Of a stretch of DNA of 64,000 nt, positions 38,723 to 49,137 are shown piece by piece. Position 1 is the first letter of the stretch, and each line of letters begins with the position of its first letter. The stretch is from Bacteroidales bacterium (lineage in GTDB: Bacteria > Bacteroidota > Bacteroidia > Bacteroidales > VadinHA17). The stretch covers positions 81,098 through 145,097 of the forward strand of contig JAVEVC010000002.1 in the NCBI GenBank assembly GCA_034005245.1. Reading direction: 5' to 3'. A program made the position numbers and the translations under genes. Under the pieces are notes generated by a model, which was not told the DNA's origin, searched no databases, and was given only the letters and a program-made list of their open reading frames with translations.

Positions 38723-39745
38723 ATGGGTTTATTTTCATTCTTAACACAGGAGATTGCTATTGATCTGGGAACGGCAAACACGATTATTATACATGATGAC
38801 AAGGTTGTTGTTGATGAACCTTCAATTGTAGCTATTGATAAAAATACGGGAAAACTGATTGCCATTGGGGAAACAGCAAGGCAAATGCATGGTAAGACCC
38901 ATGAGAACATAAAGACTGTAAGACCTTTGCGTGATGGAGTTATTGCTGATTTCAACGCTGCAGAACTGATGATAAGGGGGATGATAAAAATGATCAATAA
39001 AGGCCCCAGGCTGTTCGCCCCCTCGCTAAAAATGGTAATAGGGATACCTTCGGGCAGCACTGAGGTTGAGATTCGTGCAGTACGCGATTCATCGGAGCAT
39101 GCAGGCGGACGTGATGTATATCTGATCTATGAACCAATGGCTGCTGCAATTGGTATAGGTCTGGATGTTGAGGCGCCTGAAGGTTCAATGGTAATCGATA
39201 TTGGAGGAGGCACAACGGAAATTGCAGTAATAGCACTTGGAGGAATTGTTTGCAACAAGTCAATCAGGATTGCCGGTGACGGCTTCACAGCCGACATACA
39301 ATCGTACATGAGACATCAGCATAATATCAAGATCGGTGAAAGGACGGCAGAAGATATTAAGATCGCAGTGGGAGCAGCACTGCCCGATATTGATAACCCT
39401 CCTCCTGATTATGTTGTCAGAGGTCCCAACATAATGACATCTCTTCCTATTGAGATACCAATATCGTACCAGGAGATTGCCTATTGCCTCGACAAGTCGT
39501 TGACTAAAGTTGAAGCTGCCCTGCTTAATGTTCTTGAACAGACACCTCCCGAACTCTATGCTGACATTGTGAACAAGGGAATTTATCTGGCCGGAGGCGG
39601 AGCGCTCCTTAAGGGACTCGATAAAAGGCTGGCCGATAAAATTAATATAAACTTTAATGTTGTTGAGGATCCTCTTCACGCCGTTGCAAGAGGAGCTGGC
39701 GTTGCTCTGAAAAATGTAGAGAAATATCCTTTCCTTATGAGATAA
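38723..39745 (+). CDS. mreB: rod shape-determining protein MreB
   Basis: IAIDLGTANT, VIDIGGGTTE and YLAGGGALLKGLD are the actin-fold motifs. The protein is 340 aa. Confidence 0.95.
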   Translation: MGLFSFLTQEIAIDLGTANTIIIHDDKVVVDEPSIVAIDKNTGKLIAIGETARQMHGKTHENIKTVRPLRDGVIADFNAAELMIRGMIKMINKGPRLFAPSLKMVIGIPSGSTEVEIRAVRDSSEHAGGRDVYLIYEPMAAAIGIGLDVEAPEGSMVIDIGGGTTEIAVIALGGIVCNKSIRIAGDGFTADIQSYMRHQHNIKIGERTAEDIKIAVGAALPDIDNPPPDYVVRGPNIMTSLPIEIPISYQEIAYCLDKSLTKVEAALLNVLEQTPPELYADIVNKGIYLAGGGALLKGLDKRLADKININFNVVEDPLHAVARGAGVALKNVEKYPFLMR

Positions 39746-39757
39746 TAAGCCGGATTA

Positions 39758-40579
39758 ATGAGAAATCTGCTCAACTTCCTGTTGAAATACAACAACCTGA
39801 TTGTCTTTCTCATTCTGGAAGTGGTTGCATTGGCTTTGCTTACTTCGGCCAACAGTTTTCATAATTCAAGGATTGTAAAAGGATCTCTGGAACTCACTGC
39901 AAGACTGGAATCAAAAATTAATAACGCCAGAGCCTATATAGGTCTCAGGGAAATTAACTCAGCGCTTGCTCTTGAAAATTCAATCCTGAAGAATACACTT
40001 GAACGCTTCACCTCAGACGGCAATATGATTTTTAATTCCGTGAGCGATTCAGTATATAAACAAAATTACAGATATACAACAGCAGAAGTAATAAACAACT
40101 CTGTCAACAAGCAGAAGAATTTCTTCACGCTGAACAAAGGGAATAAATCGGGAATCACCCCTGATATGGCGGTAATAACAAACAACAGTGTGGCAGGAGT
40201 GGTTGTGGGCTGTTCAGAAAACTTCTCGGTTGCCATTTCCCTGTTAAATATAGATTTCAGGGTTAGCGCAAGGATAAGGTCTTCAGGATATTTTGGTTCC
40301 CTGGGTTGGGGTGGAAGGAATTACAGGCAAGCCCAGCTTAGCGAAATACCTCAGCATGTGAATATAAGTGTGGGAGATACCGTAGAAACGACAGGTTATT
40401 CTACAATATTTCCGGAAGGTCTCATGATAGGCCGGATAAGTGATTTCAGGAAAAGCGGTTCAGATTTTTACACTATAACGGTAGATCTGGCAAGTGATTT
40501 CAGAAAACTCAGGTACGTGGATGTCGCCGGGAATTTGAACAAAGCTGAACAAACGAAACTCGAAAATCAATTTCAATGA
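39758..40579 (+). CDS. mreC: rod shape-determining protein MreC
   Basis: It has an N-terminal TM helix, a coiled coil and a beta-barrel region (VITNNSVAGVVV..., GDTVETTGYSTIFPEGLMIGRI). It lies between mreB and mreD. Confidence 0.9.
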   Translation: MRNLLNFLLKYNNLIVFLILEVVALALLTSANSFHNSRIVKGSLELTARLESKINNARAYIGLREINSALALENSILKNTLERFTSDGNMIFNSVSDSVYKQNYRYTTAEVINNSVNKQKNFFTLNKGNKSGITPDMAVITNNSVAGVVVGCSENFSVAISLLNIDFRVSARIRSSGYFGSLGWGGRNYRQAQLSEIPQHVNISVGDTVETTGYSTIFPEGLMIGRISDFRKSGSDFYTITVDLASDFRKLRYVDVAGNLNKAEQTKLENQFQ

Positions 40580-41082
40580 TCAACCAGATTTTAAGGTTCG
40601 GATTAATATCCCTGGTTCTGATTTTATTGCAGATGCTGCTGTTCAACAATATCCAGTTCAGCGGGTATGTTAATCCATATATTTATCTGATGATCATTCT
40701 TCTCTTGCCTGCAGGCATGCAACCCTGGCTGCTGCTGTTAATTGCTTTTGCCATTGGAATGCTTATTGACCTAACTTCAGGCACACCGGGTGTACATGCT
40801 GCTGCAACCGTGTTTGCAGCATTTTCAAGGCCTTACGTGCTGAGGCTTATCGCACCGCGCGACGGCTATGAGGCAGGCCTGCAGCTTTCTATGACAAATT
40901 ATGGCTTCCGCTGGGCATTTTTATATACAATTATTATTGTATTAATCCATCATACAGCCTTGTTTTTTCTTGAGGTTTTCAGGCTTAACGGTTTTTTCAG
41001 GACAATATTGAGGATTCTCTTAAGTTCGTTATTTACAGCAGGATTTATCCTTATAGCTGAATACTACAGGAAGAACAGGTAA
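40576..41082 (+). CDS. mreD: rod shape-determining protein MreD
   Basis: It is a 168-aa polytopic membrane protein. Its start overlaps the mreC stop (ATGA), and it sits in the conserved mreBCD-mrdA-rodA order. Confidence 0.8.
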   Translation: MINQILRFGLISLVLILLQMLLFNNIQFSGYVNPYIYLMIILLLPAGMQPWLLLLIAFAIGMLIDLTSGTPGVHAAATVFAAFSRPYVLRLIAPRDGYEAGLQLSMTNYGFRWAFLYTIIIVLIHHTALFFLEVFRLNGFFRTILRILLSSLFTAGFILIAEYYRKNR

Positions 41083-41092
41083 CCGGCCGGAA

Positions 41093-42907
41093 ATGAAAGA
41101 CTCCTTTTTAAGCAGAAAGTATGTGATAATGGCATTTATTGTGCTGATATCGGTAATCCTTATCATCAGGCTTTTTGTGATTCAGGTTGTTAAAGACACT
41201 TACCGGTTATCGGCAGAAAACAATGTATTGAGATATGTGACTCAATACCCTGCAAGAGGACTGATTTATGACAGGAATGATAAAATACTAGTCTACAATC
41301 AGGCTGCCTACGACCTTATGGTTGTTCCCTCTCAGACAACAGAAATTGACACTGCTACGTTTTGCGAACTACTTGAGATCACAGGGGATGTTTTTAAGGA
41401 AAGAATGATGGCTGCAACCAGCTATTCGAGGAGAGCTCCCTCAGTATTCCTGAAGCAGATATCCGCAGAAACATATGCCAGGTTCCAGGAAAAGATGTTC
41501 ATGTATCCGGGTTTCTATGTACAGCCCAGAACCCTGAGAAAATATACTAAACCAATAGCGTCTCACCTGCTTGGCTATGTGAGTGAGGTTGATGAAGCTA
41601 TCATTAAGAAGGAACCATATTATAAGCCTGGCGATTATATTGGCAAACTAGGTATCGAGGAAGCCTATGAGAATGAACTTCGGGGAAGAAGGGGGATGAA
41701 AATCTACCTGGTTGATGTTTACAGCAGGGTAAAGGGATCATATGCCGAAGGCCGGCTTGATACCACTGCCGTACAGGGTGATGATATCGTATCAACCATT
41801 GACATGAACCTTCAGGAATATGGGGAGATTCTTATGCGGAACAAGACAGGAAGTATTGTTGCACTCGAGCCATCTTCAGGCGAGGTGCTCGCACTGGTAT
41901 CCGCTCCGAACTATGATCCCGCATTGCTTGTTGGAAGGGTGCGGTCAGACAATTTTTTACGGCTTAATGCTGATACAATCTATAAGCCTCTGTTTAACAG
42001 GGCTCTACAGGCTTCATATCCACCGGGATCAACTTTTAAACCAGTTAACGGCCTTATCGGGCTTCAGGAACAGGTGATCACTCCATCAACCTCATTTGGC
42101 TGCAATAATGGCTATCTTTTTGTGGGATGCCACTCTCACAGTTCTCCCCTCGACCTGGTTCATGGAATATCAAATTCCTGCAATTCATACTTCTGTCAGA
42201 CTTTCAGAAGAATTCTTGAAAATTCTCGGTACATGTCAGTATCTGATGCCTATGAAAAATGGAGAAAATATCTCGACGAATTTGGTTTTGGAAAAAGGCT
42301 TGGTATTGAGCTCACCAATGAATTGCCCGGATTTGTTCCTTCAACCAGCTATTATGACAGGTATTATGGTGAGAACAGATGGCGGGCTCTGACAATTATA
42401 TCGATGGCAATAGGACAGGGGGAAATAGGTGCCACTCCGCTTCAGATGGTAAACATGACAGCTGCAATTGCCAACAGGGGATATTATTTCACTCCTCATG
42501 TTGTTAAATCCATAGGGAAGGATGAGAAAATAAATGAAAAATACCTGCTAATGCATAAAATAAATATAGATTCAGCGAATTTTGAAACCATAATATCAGG
42601 AATGGAAATGGCTGTAAATGGCGGATCTGGTTCAACAGCAAGGATTGCAGCCCTTAACAATATTATAGTATGCGGAAAAACGGGAACTGCTCAAAATCCT
42701 CATGGGAAAGACCACTCGGTTTTCGTCGCCTTTGCCCCAAAAGATAACCCCAGGATAGCAATATCGGTATATGTCGAAAACGCAGGTTTTGGAGCAACTT
42801 ATGCAGCGCCTATAGCAAGCCTGCTTATTGAGAAATACCTGACGGGAAAAGTTACAAATACATACCAGGAACAAAGAATGCTTGAATTAAACTTGCTTGA
42901 AAAGTGA
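41093..42907 (+). CDS. mrdA: penicillin-binding protein 2 (elongasome transpeptidase)
   Basis: It has an N-terminal TM helix and the transpeptidase motifs STFK (PPGSTFKP), SNS (ISNSCNSY) and KTG (GKTGTAQ). Confidence 0.9.
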   Translation: MKDSFLSRKYVIMAFIVLISVILIIRLFVIQVVKDTYRLSAENNVLRYVTQYPARGLIYDRNDKILVYNQAAYDLMVVPSQTTEIDTATFCELLEITGDVFKERMMAATSYSRRAPSVFLKQISAETYARFQEKMFMYPGFYVQPRTLRKYTKPIASHLLGYVSEVDEAIIKKEPYYKPGDYIGKLGIEEAYENELRGRRGMKIYLVDVYSRVKGSYAEGRLDTTAVQGDDIVSTIDMNLQEYGEILMRNKTGSIVALEPSSGEVLALVSAPNYDPALLVGRVRSDNFLRLNADTIYKPLFNRALQASYPPGSTFKPVNGLIGLQEQVITPSTSFGCNNGYLFVGCHSHSSPLDLVHGISNSCNSYFCQTFRRILENSRYMSVSDAYEKWRKYLDEFGFGKRLGIELTNELPGFVPSTSYYDRYYGENRWRALTIISMAIGQGEIGATPLQMVNMTAAIANRGYYFTPHVVKSIGKDEKINEKYLLMHKINIDSANFETIISGMEMAVNGGSGSTARIAALNNIIVCGKTGTAQNPHGKDHSVFVAFAPKDNPRIAISVYVENAGFGATYAAPIASLLIEKYLTGKVTNTYQEQRMLELNLLEK

Positions 42908-44328
42908 CCAGGAATAAGAATATATTCAGAAGGATTGACAGGATAAGTGCGGGAATCTTTCTGCTGATGATCATTATGGGATGGTTCAATATTTATGCTG
43001 CCGTTTATAATGAGGAGCACAGCGGGCTTTTTGATTTTACCCAGCGGTATGGCAAGCAATTTGTCTGGATCATAGCAACAGTTGTCCTTGCTGTTTTTAC
43101 AATAATAATAGATAACAGATTTTATTTCTTCTTTGCCTGGTTTATATACGGATTGACAATATTCCTTCTGATAATGGTCCTGCTTGTGGGCAATGAGATA
43201 AACGGTGCAAAATCGTGGTTTGAGATAGGTTCATTTACTTTCCAGCCGTCGGAGTTTGCCAAAACCGGAACAGCCCTGGCACTTGCATCATATATGAATT
43301 TGCGAAAGAATGATCTAAAGAGGTTCGGTATATTCATTCCGGCTATTGCAATAATTGCCTTTCCGGCCATACTTGTTGCACTTCAGCCCGATATGGGTTC
43401 TGCCACTGTTTTTTTCGCTCTTTTTCTGGTTCTTTTCAGGGAAGGCATGAATCCCTATTTCTTCTATTCAGGAATAATTATGGTCATCCTGTTCTTTTTT
43501 ACTCTTTTATTCAACAACCTTTATCTTTCACTTGGAATAATTGCCGGTGCCCTTCTGATAGCATACATACTGACCCGGAACTGGAAGCTTTGCCTGACCG
43601 GATTATTGATTCTGGTTCTTGCAGGTTCTGTATTCTATATGCTTAACAGGTTCGTAATTAAGAGCCTTAGCAATGAGATGGTTGTTTTTATTGCAGTTAT
43701 TGTTTCAGGTGCAATCTTTTCCCTGTATTCATATTACAGGAGGGCGGTCAGGCTCTTTGTGGTGATCCTGTTCCTTCTTGGAAGCCTTGCTTTTGTGAAT
43801 TCTGTTGATTTTACATTCAATAACCTTGTTAAGCCCCATCAAAAAGAAAGGGTTGAAATAATGCTTGGTTTCAAATCAGATCCCCATGGAACCGGATATA
43901 ATGTAAACCAGTCGATCATATCAATAGGATCGGGAGGACTCACAGGTAAGGGATATCTCAGGGGGACCCAGACGAAATTCAAGTTTGTTCCGGCCCAAAG
44001 CACTGACTTTATTTTCTGTACAGTTGGAGAAGAATGGGGTTTTATGGGATCGATTGTAGTAATTGGATTATATATGGCCCTTCTGATTAGGCTTATAATT
44101 CTGGCTGAAAGGCAGCGCTCAGTATTTTCAAGAGTTTATGGGTATAGTGTAGTATCGGTGATTTTTTTCCATTACATGGTTAATATTGGAATGACAATAG
44201 GACTTGTTCCGGTAATAGGGATTCCGCTTCCGTTCTTCAGTTACGGAGGCAGTTCTTTATGGGGATTCACAGTACTGTTGTTTATCTTTCTCAGACTTGA
44301 TGCCAGCAGGACAGAATATTTGGTTTGA
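42904..44328 (+). CDS. rodA: rod shape-determining protein RodA (SEDS family)
   Basis: FtsW/RodA/SpoVE signatures are present (FQPSEFAK, LQPDMGS, TDFIFCTVGEEWGF, PLPFFSYGGSS). The GTG start overlaps the mrdA stop (GTGA). Confidence 0.9.
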   Translation: MTRNKNIFRRIDRISAGIFLLMIIMGWFNIYAAVYNEEHSGLFDFTQRYGKQFVWIIATVVLAVFTIIIDNRFYFFFAWFIYGLTIFLLIMVLLVGNEINGAKSWFEIGSFTFQPSEFAKTGTALALASYMNLRKNDLKRFGIFIPAIAIIAFPAILVALQPDMGSATVFFALFLVLFREGMNPYFFYSGIIMVILFFFTLLFNNLYLSLGIIAGALLIAYILTRNWKLCLTGLLILVLAGSVFYMLNRFVIKSLSNEMVVFIAVIVSGAIFSLYSYYRRAVRLFVVILFLLGSLAFVNSVDFTFNNLVKPHQKERVEIMLGFKSDPHGTGYNVNQSIISIGSGGLTGKGYLRGTQTKFKFVPAQSTDFIFCTVGEEWGFMGSIVVIGLYMALLIRLIILAERQRSVFSRVYGYSVVSVIFFHYMVNIGMTIGLVPVIGIPLPFFSYGGSSLWGFTVLLFIFLRLDASRTEYLV

Positions 44329-44940
44329 TCAGAATGGAATAGTTATCCTGTGTGAAATTTCTATACCAAAATCTTTTTCGACATAATCAATCAGCTGGGG
44401 AAAAAACTCCATAAAGTCATCCTGGAGGGAATAATAGTTTTTTTTCAAAGCGCGCATGGCAAATCTTGTTTCATTCGGTAACGTTGTCCTTTTGCTCAGG
44501 GTTTTGAGCACATTCCTGATACCGCTCAATGTCTGGTACGATTCTATCCAGTTATTGATAATGAAGAATGGCATCATCTGCCTTACATTTTCCGGCAAGA
44601 TATCATAATTATTTACCATTGCCCTGTAAAAATTGTATGTCACACTCTCAAGGGGCCTTCTTGAAAAAAAATTCCATTCCCTGCAGAGGAAATGATCGTA
44701 AATAATGTCGGTTATTACGCCGGAATATTTATGGTATTTACGTGAGAAATAAATCTTGCTTCGGTGTACAACAGGATGGCGGTCAGTAAAACCGTCAATA
44801 TTTCGGTGAAGTATTATTCCCTTGCGGACCAGATCGGGATATTTCAGATAATCACGCCCCTTTACATAATCGCCTATGTAATTTCCAATGATAATTTTAT
44901 CAGAATCACCAGACAAATATATGTGAGCCAATACATTCAT
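44329..44940 (-). CDS. acpH: acyl carrier protein phosphodiesterase (AcpH family)
   Basis: MNVLAHIYLSG...IGNYIGDYVKG...HRNIDGFTD...IIYDHFL parallels E. coli AcpH (MNFLAHLHLA...ADFVRG...HRRIDVLTD...VMWDHFL). Its stop codon directly abuts the rodA stop. Confidence 0.8.
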   Translation of the reverse strand: MNVLAHIYLSGDSDKIIIGNYIGDYVKGRDYLKYPDLVRKGIILHRNIDGFTDRHPVVHRSKIYFSRKYHKYSGVITDIIYDHFLCREWNFFSRRPLESVTYNFYRAMVNNYDILPENVRQMMPFFIINNWIESYQTLSGIRNVLKTLSKRTTLPNETRFAMRALKKNYYSLQDDFMEFFPQLIDYVEKDFGIEISHRITIPF

Positions 44941-45189
44941 TCAGGTCATAATAGTACAAAGAATTTGCCATATCAGCCTTCTTCTCCAAAACATTTTCTT
45001 TAACATATTTTCAGGCATGCGTTCTGAGTGTGTTAACATGTTGTATAACATATATTTGAAGGTCTAAATTTAGTGTCCCGAAAAATACAGTGAAAAGCTC
45101 GGAATTCAGTATGTCAAATTATAAATTTGTGAACTGACTTTATACTGGTTTAAATTAGTTTTTAGTAATTATCTAACCATTTATCAATC

Positions 45190-46536
45190 ATGACCAGGAA
45201 GAATATTATAATAATCGGAGCAGCAGGACGTGATTTTCATAATTTCAATACCTGTTACAGAGATAAAAACGAGTATAATGTAGTTGCATTTACAGCTGCC
45301 CAGATCCCCGATATTGATGGAAGGAAATATCCGGCAGAGCTTGCAGGAAGTTTATATCCAGAGGGGATCTCCATTTACCCTGAATCCATGCTTCCTGATC
45401 TTATCAAAAAATATTATGTTAATGAGTGCATTTTTTCATACAGCGATGTCCCATATCAGAAAGTAATGTCGGTAAGTGCCATTGTTAATACTGCTGGTGC
45501 TGATTTTATCCTTAAGGGCCCTGGTGAAACTATGTTAAAAAGCATAAAGCCTCTTATAGCTGTGGGAGCTATCAGGACAGGATGTGGTAAAAGCCAGACC
45601 TCAAGAAGAGTAATAGAACTTCTTATGGCCAGGGGATTGAAGGTTGTGGCTATCAGGCATCCGATGCCTTACGGTGATCTTAATGCACAGAAGGTCCAGC
45701 GTTTTGCGACTGTTCATGACCTTGAGAAGCATAAATGTACAGTAGAGGAGATGGAGGAGTATGAACCTCACGTAGTCCGGGGTAATGTAATCTATGCAGG
45801 GGTTGATTATGAGGCGATACTTCGTAATGCCGAGAAGGATCCTGATGGATGCGATGTAATAGTCTGGGACGGAGGTAATAATGATTTCCCCTTTTACCAG
45901 CCTGATCTTATGATTACAGTTACTGATCCTCATCGGGCAGGTCATGAGTTGAAATATTACCCGGGAGAAGTTACACTGAGAATTGCGGATGTTGTGGTAA
46001 TAAATAAAATAGACAGCGCTTCTCCTGAATCCATTCAGATTGTGCGTGAAAGCATAGAAAGTGTTAATCCAAAAGCCATAGTCATAGATGGCGCTTCGCC
46101 CATAAGGGTTGATGATCCTTCATTAATCAGGGGCAGGAAAGTTCTTGTTGTTGAGGATGGCCCTACTCTTACCCATGGTGAGATGAAAATAGGCGCCGGA
46201 ATTGTTGCTGCAAGAAAATACGGTGCTATTAAGATTGTTGATCCAAGACCATATCTTTCAGGCAGGCTAAGTGAGACATTTAAACTTTATCCGGAGATAG
46301 GTACACTCCTGCCTGCAATGGGATATGGTGAGCAGCAGCTCAGGGATCTTGAAAAAACAATTAATGACACAGATTGTGAAAGTGTAATAATAGCAACTCC
46401 TATCGACCTCAAAAGGATAATTAAGATCAATAAGCCTGCAACCAGGGTTTACTATGATCTTCAGGAGATTGGATTTCCTGATCTTTCAACTGTAATAGAC
46501 GGATTCATGGCGAAAATAAATAAGGGCGCCAAATAA
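45190..46536 (+). CDS. P-loop protein resembling cyclic 2,3-diphosphoglycerate synthetase (often annotated only as GTPase)
   Basis: The N-terminus IIIIGAAGRDFHNFN and a Walker A-like GAIRTGCGKSQTS match my recollection of the cDPG-synthetase family. The assignment is from memory of the family pattern, not from a search. Confidence 0.55.
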   Translation: MTRKNIIIIGAAGRDFHNFNTCYRDKNEYNVVAFTAAQIPDIDGRKYPAELAGSLYPEGISIYPESMLPDLIKKYYVNECIFSYSDVPYQKVMSVSAIVNTAGADFILKGPGETMLKSIKPLIAVGAIRTGCGKSQTSRRVIELLMARGLKVVAIRHPMPYGDLNAQKVQRFATVHDLEKHKCTVEEMEEYEPHVVRGNVIYAGVDYEAILRNAEKDPDGCDVIVWDGGNNDFPFYQPDLMITVTDPHRAGHELKYYPGEVTLRIADVVVINKIDSASPESIQIVRESIESVNPKAIVIDGASPIRVDDPSLIRGRKVLVVEDGPTLTHGEMKIGAGIVAARKYGAIKIVDPRPYLSGRLSETFKLYPEIGTLLPAMGYGEQQLRDLEKTINDTDCESVIIATPIDLKRIIKINKPATRVYYDLQEIGFPDLSTVIDGFMAKINKGAK

Positions 46537-46547
46537 TGCCCTTATAA

Positions 46548-47627
46548 TCACCTTTTTACGCGTGCATTGCCTTTCCAGATGCCCCATAATTGTTCCTCGT
46601 CAGCTGGCTGGCAATAGTCTGTCATTGTTGTTGTGGCAAGGGCACCAGCAGCCCAGGCAAAGCGAATACACTCTTCAGGATCCCATTTTTTAAGGATTGA
46701 ATAGAGAAGACCACCTACGAAACCATCTCCACCTCCTATCCGATCAAGCACATGTACCATGCGGGGTTCCTCTACATACCACTTGTCGCCCGCAAGAAGA
46801 ATAGCTCCCCAGAGATGTTCATTGGAACTAATGACCTGGCGAAGGGTGGTGGTATAAACAGAAGACCCGGGATAGAGTGTTCTTACCCGGCCTGTCATTT
46901 CCTTGAATGATTCTATCCTGTGAGAGAGGTCTTTGCCTCCTTCTTCAGGTCCCTCAATTCCAAGGCATAATTGAAAATCCTCTTCATTGCCTGCAAGAAT
47001 ATCCGAAATTCCGGCAATCTCTTTGAAGATTTTCGAAAGCTCCTTCTCCCTGTTTTTCCAGAAGGATGCCCTGTAGTTGAGATCAAATGAAATAAGGGTC
47101 CCCGTTTTTCTTGCAGAACGGGCCAGTTCCAGGCAGAAATTTCCTGTTTCCGGCGATAAAGCGGCAATAAGACCCGACATATGCAAAATTTGAACACCCT
47201 CTGTTACAAAGAGGTTGGTGAGATCAAAATTCCTGACGTTAAGAGTTCTGCCAACTTCACCTGCCCTGTCGTTGTGTACACGTGGTCCGCGGACTCCATA
47301 TCCGCTGTCAGCAATATTGAACTGGTGACGGTATCCCCAGGGTCCGCCCTGTTCAACCTCAACACCCTCATAAGACATGTGCCGTCCGGCAAGATTGTCT
47401 TTAATGAACCGTGCAATGGGACTGCCCTTAACAAATGTGGTGAGAACCTTGACCGGCAGACCAAGGAATGATGAAACACTTGCAACATTTGTTTCTGCAC
47501 TTGTTGCCTGCATGAAAAAAGTATCACTGCAATGGACAGGCTGACCATTGAGCGGGGTTATACGTACACCCATGCTTGTAGGAACAACCAGCGACCATTT
47601 GCAGCCTTCCTTTAATTTTAAATTCAT
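46548..47627 (-). CDS. PfkB-family sugar kinase (2-dehydro-3-deoxygluconokinase-like)
   Basis: It has the ribokinase-fold C-terminal motif DRIGGGDGFVGGLLY and an N-terminal region like the long Bacteroides-type KdgK. The protein is 359 aa. Confidence 0.75.
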   Translation of the reverse strand: MNLKLKEGCKWSLVVPTSMGVRITPLNGQPVHCSDTFFMQATSAETNVASVSSFLGLPVKVLTTFVKGSPIARFIKDNLAGRHMSYEGVEVEQGGPWGYRHQFNIADSGYGVRGPRVHNDRAGEVGRTLNVRNFDLTNLFVTEGVQILHMSGLIAALSPETGNFCLELARSARKTGTLISFDLNYRASFWKNREKELSKIFKEIAGISDILAGNEEDFQLCLGIEGPEEGGKDLSHRIESFKEMTGRVRTLYPGSSVYTTTLRQVISSNEHLWGAILLAGDKWYVEEPRMVHVLDRIGGGDGFVGGLLYSILKKWDPEECIRFAWAAGALATTTMTDYCQPADEEQLWGIWKGNARVKR

Positions 47628-47748
47628 ATAGATATTTTTATTATGCCATTTAAACCTTTTTGCCAGAAGATCCTGTTGGTAACATGCTGGTATAGCATCT
47701 TGAAAAATTTCCTTTTTACTTTTCCCCCTGGCAAGAAGAGTAACATAT

Positions 47749-49092
47749 TTATTTTATCCGCATTTTTATTGCCTTTGTTTCTTTTTCATATCCGGGTTTA
47801 TTCAGGAGTGCAAACATGTTCTTTTTGTAAGCTTCAACTCCAGGCTGATCAAAAGGATTCACATCGAGTATATAGCCGCTGACCGCGCAGGCCAGTTCGA
47901 AAAGATAAATCATCTGACCAATGTAGTGTTCGTTAAGTTCGGGAACATTAATAACTATGACCGGTACATTCCCGTCGCAATGAGCAAGAATGGTTCCTGA
48001 CTCGGCATTCCTGTTAACCTCGGAAAGTCTTTTCCCGGCAAGGTAATTCAACTGATCTTCATCATCTTTTTCCTTCGGGATCGTCAGCTTTTTAGCAGCA
48101 TTTTTAACTGAAAGGATGGTTTCAAACAGTATTCTTTGTCCATCTTGTATATATTGGCCCAGTGAATGAAGATCTGTTGTAAAATCAACAGCAGCAGGGA
48201 AAATGCCCTTGTTTTCCTTACCTTCGCTTTCCCCGTAAAGTTGTTTCCACCATTCTGCGAAATAGTGAAGGCGGGGAGTAAAACCAGCCAGAATCTCAAT
48301 ATTCCTTCCTGTTTGGAGGATTAGATTTCTCGCAGCAGCGTAAAGCAAGGCAGGATTTGTTGATGCATCTTTATTGTTTCGGGTGATAGCTTCCATGGAT
48401 TTGGCACCTTTTACCAGGGCTCTTATATCCAATCCGTTTATTGCAACAGGAAGCAGTCCGGCCGGGGTCAGGACTGAATAACGGCCACCTGTGTTATCAG
48501 GGATAACAAATGTTTCGTATCCGTTCATTTCAGCAAGCGAACGCAGTGCCCCTTTATTAGCATCGGTGACTGCAACAATTCTGTCAGCAGCAACCGCTTT
48601 CCCTACCTTTTTCTCAAGATGATCCTTGAGAAGCCTGAATGCAATGGCAGGCTCGGTTGTAGTTCCCGATTTTGAGATTACCACAATTGAATAATCCCTT
48701 GATTCAAGCAGTTCGAGAAGATCGACTATATAATTTTCGCAAAGATTCTGTCCTGCAAAAATTACTTCGTGTTTTCTCTGTTTCATATATGGGGCAAAAG
48801 TATGGTCCAACGCTTCAATTAAAGCTCTTGATCCCAGGTATGAGCCTCCGATTCCTACAACAACCGTTGTATCTGAAATAGCTCTTAGATTGCCGGCGAC
48901 TTGTTCAATTCGTTCCATCTGAGGAACAATATCATCAGGCAGTGTTAGCCATCCAAGGAAATCGCTTCCTTTCCCTGTCCCTGTGTTAAGACTCGCAAGA
49001 TGCATAACAGACAATTGTGCCAACGCAGCAATTTCTTCATAAGGGACAAAGCTTTCAACGTTTTTCAGGTTGATGTTGATGTTTTCTTTCAT
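47749..49092 (-). CDS. pgi: glucose-6-phosphate isomerase
   Basis: It is 447 aa of the short PGI type, with VVVGIGGSYLG, ISKSGTTTE, GGRYSVL and FDQPGVE. Confidence 0.95.
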   Translation of the reverse strand: MKENININLKNVESFVPYEEIAALAQLSVMHLASLNTGTGKGSDFLGWLTLPDDIVPQMERIEQVAGNLRAISDTTVVVGIGGSYLGSRALIEALDHTFAPYMKQRKHEVIFAGQNLCENYIVDLLELLESRDYSIVVISKSGTTTEPAIAFRLLKDHLEKKVGKAVAADRIVAVTDANKGALRSLAEMNGYETFVIPDNTGGRYSVLTPAGLLPVAINGLDIRALVKGAKSMEAITRNNKDASTNPALLYAAARNLILQTGRNIEILAGFTPRLHYFAEWWKQLYGESEGKENKGIFPAAVDFTTDLHSLGQYIQDGQRILFETILSVKNAAKKLTIPKEKDDEDQLNYLAGKRLSEVNRNAESGTILAHCDGNVPVIVINVPELNEHYIGQMIYLFELACAVSGYILDVNPFDQPGVEAYKKNMFALLNKPGYEKETKAIKMRIK

Positions 49093-49137
49093 AAGAGTAG
49101 TGTTATTGGGCGTTTTGTGCTGTTGTGTAAAAATAAT

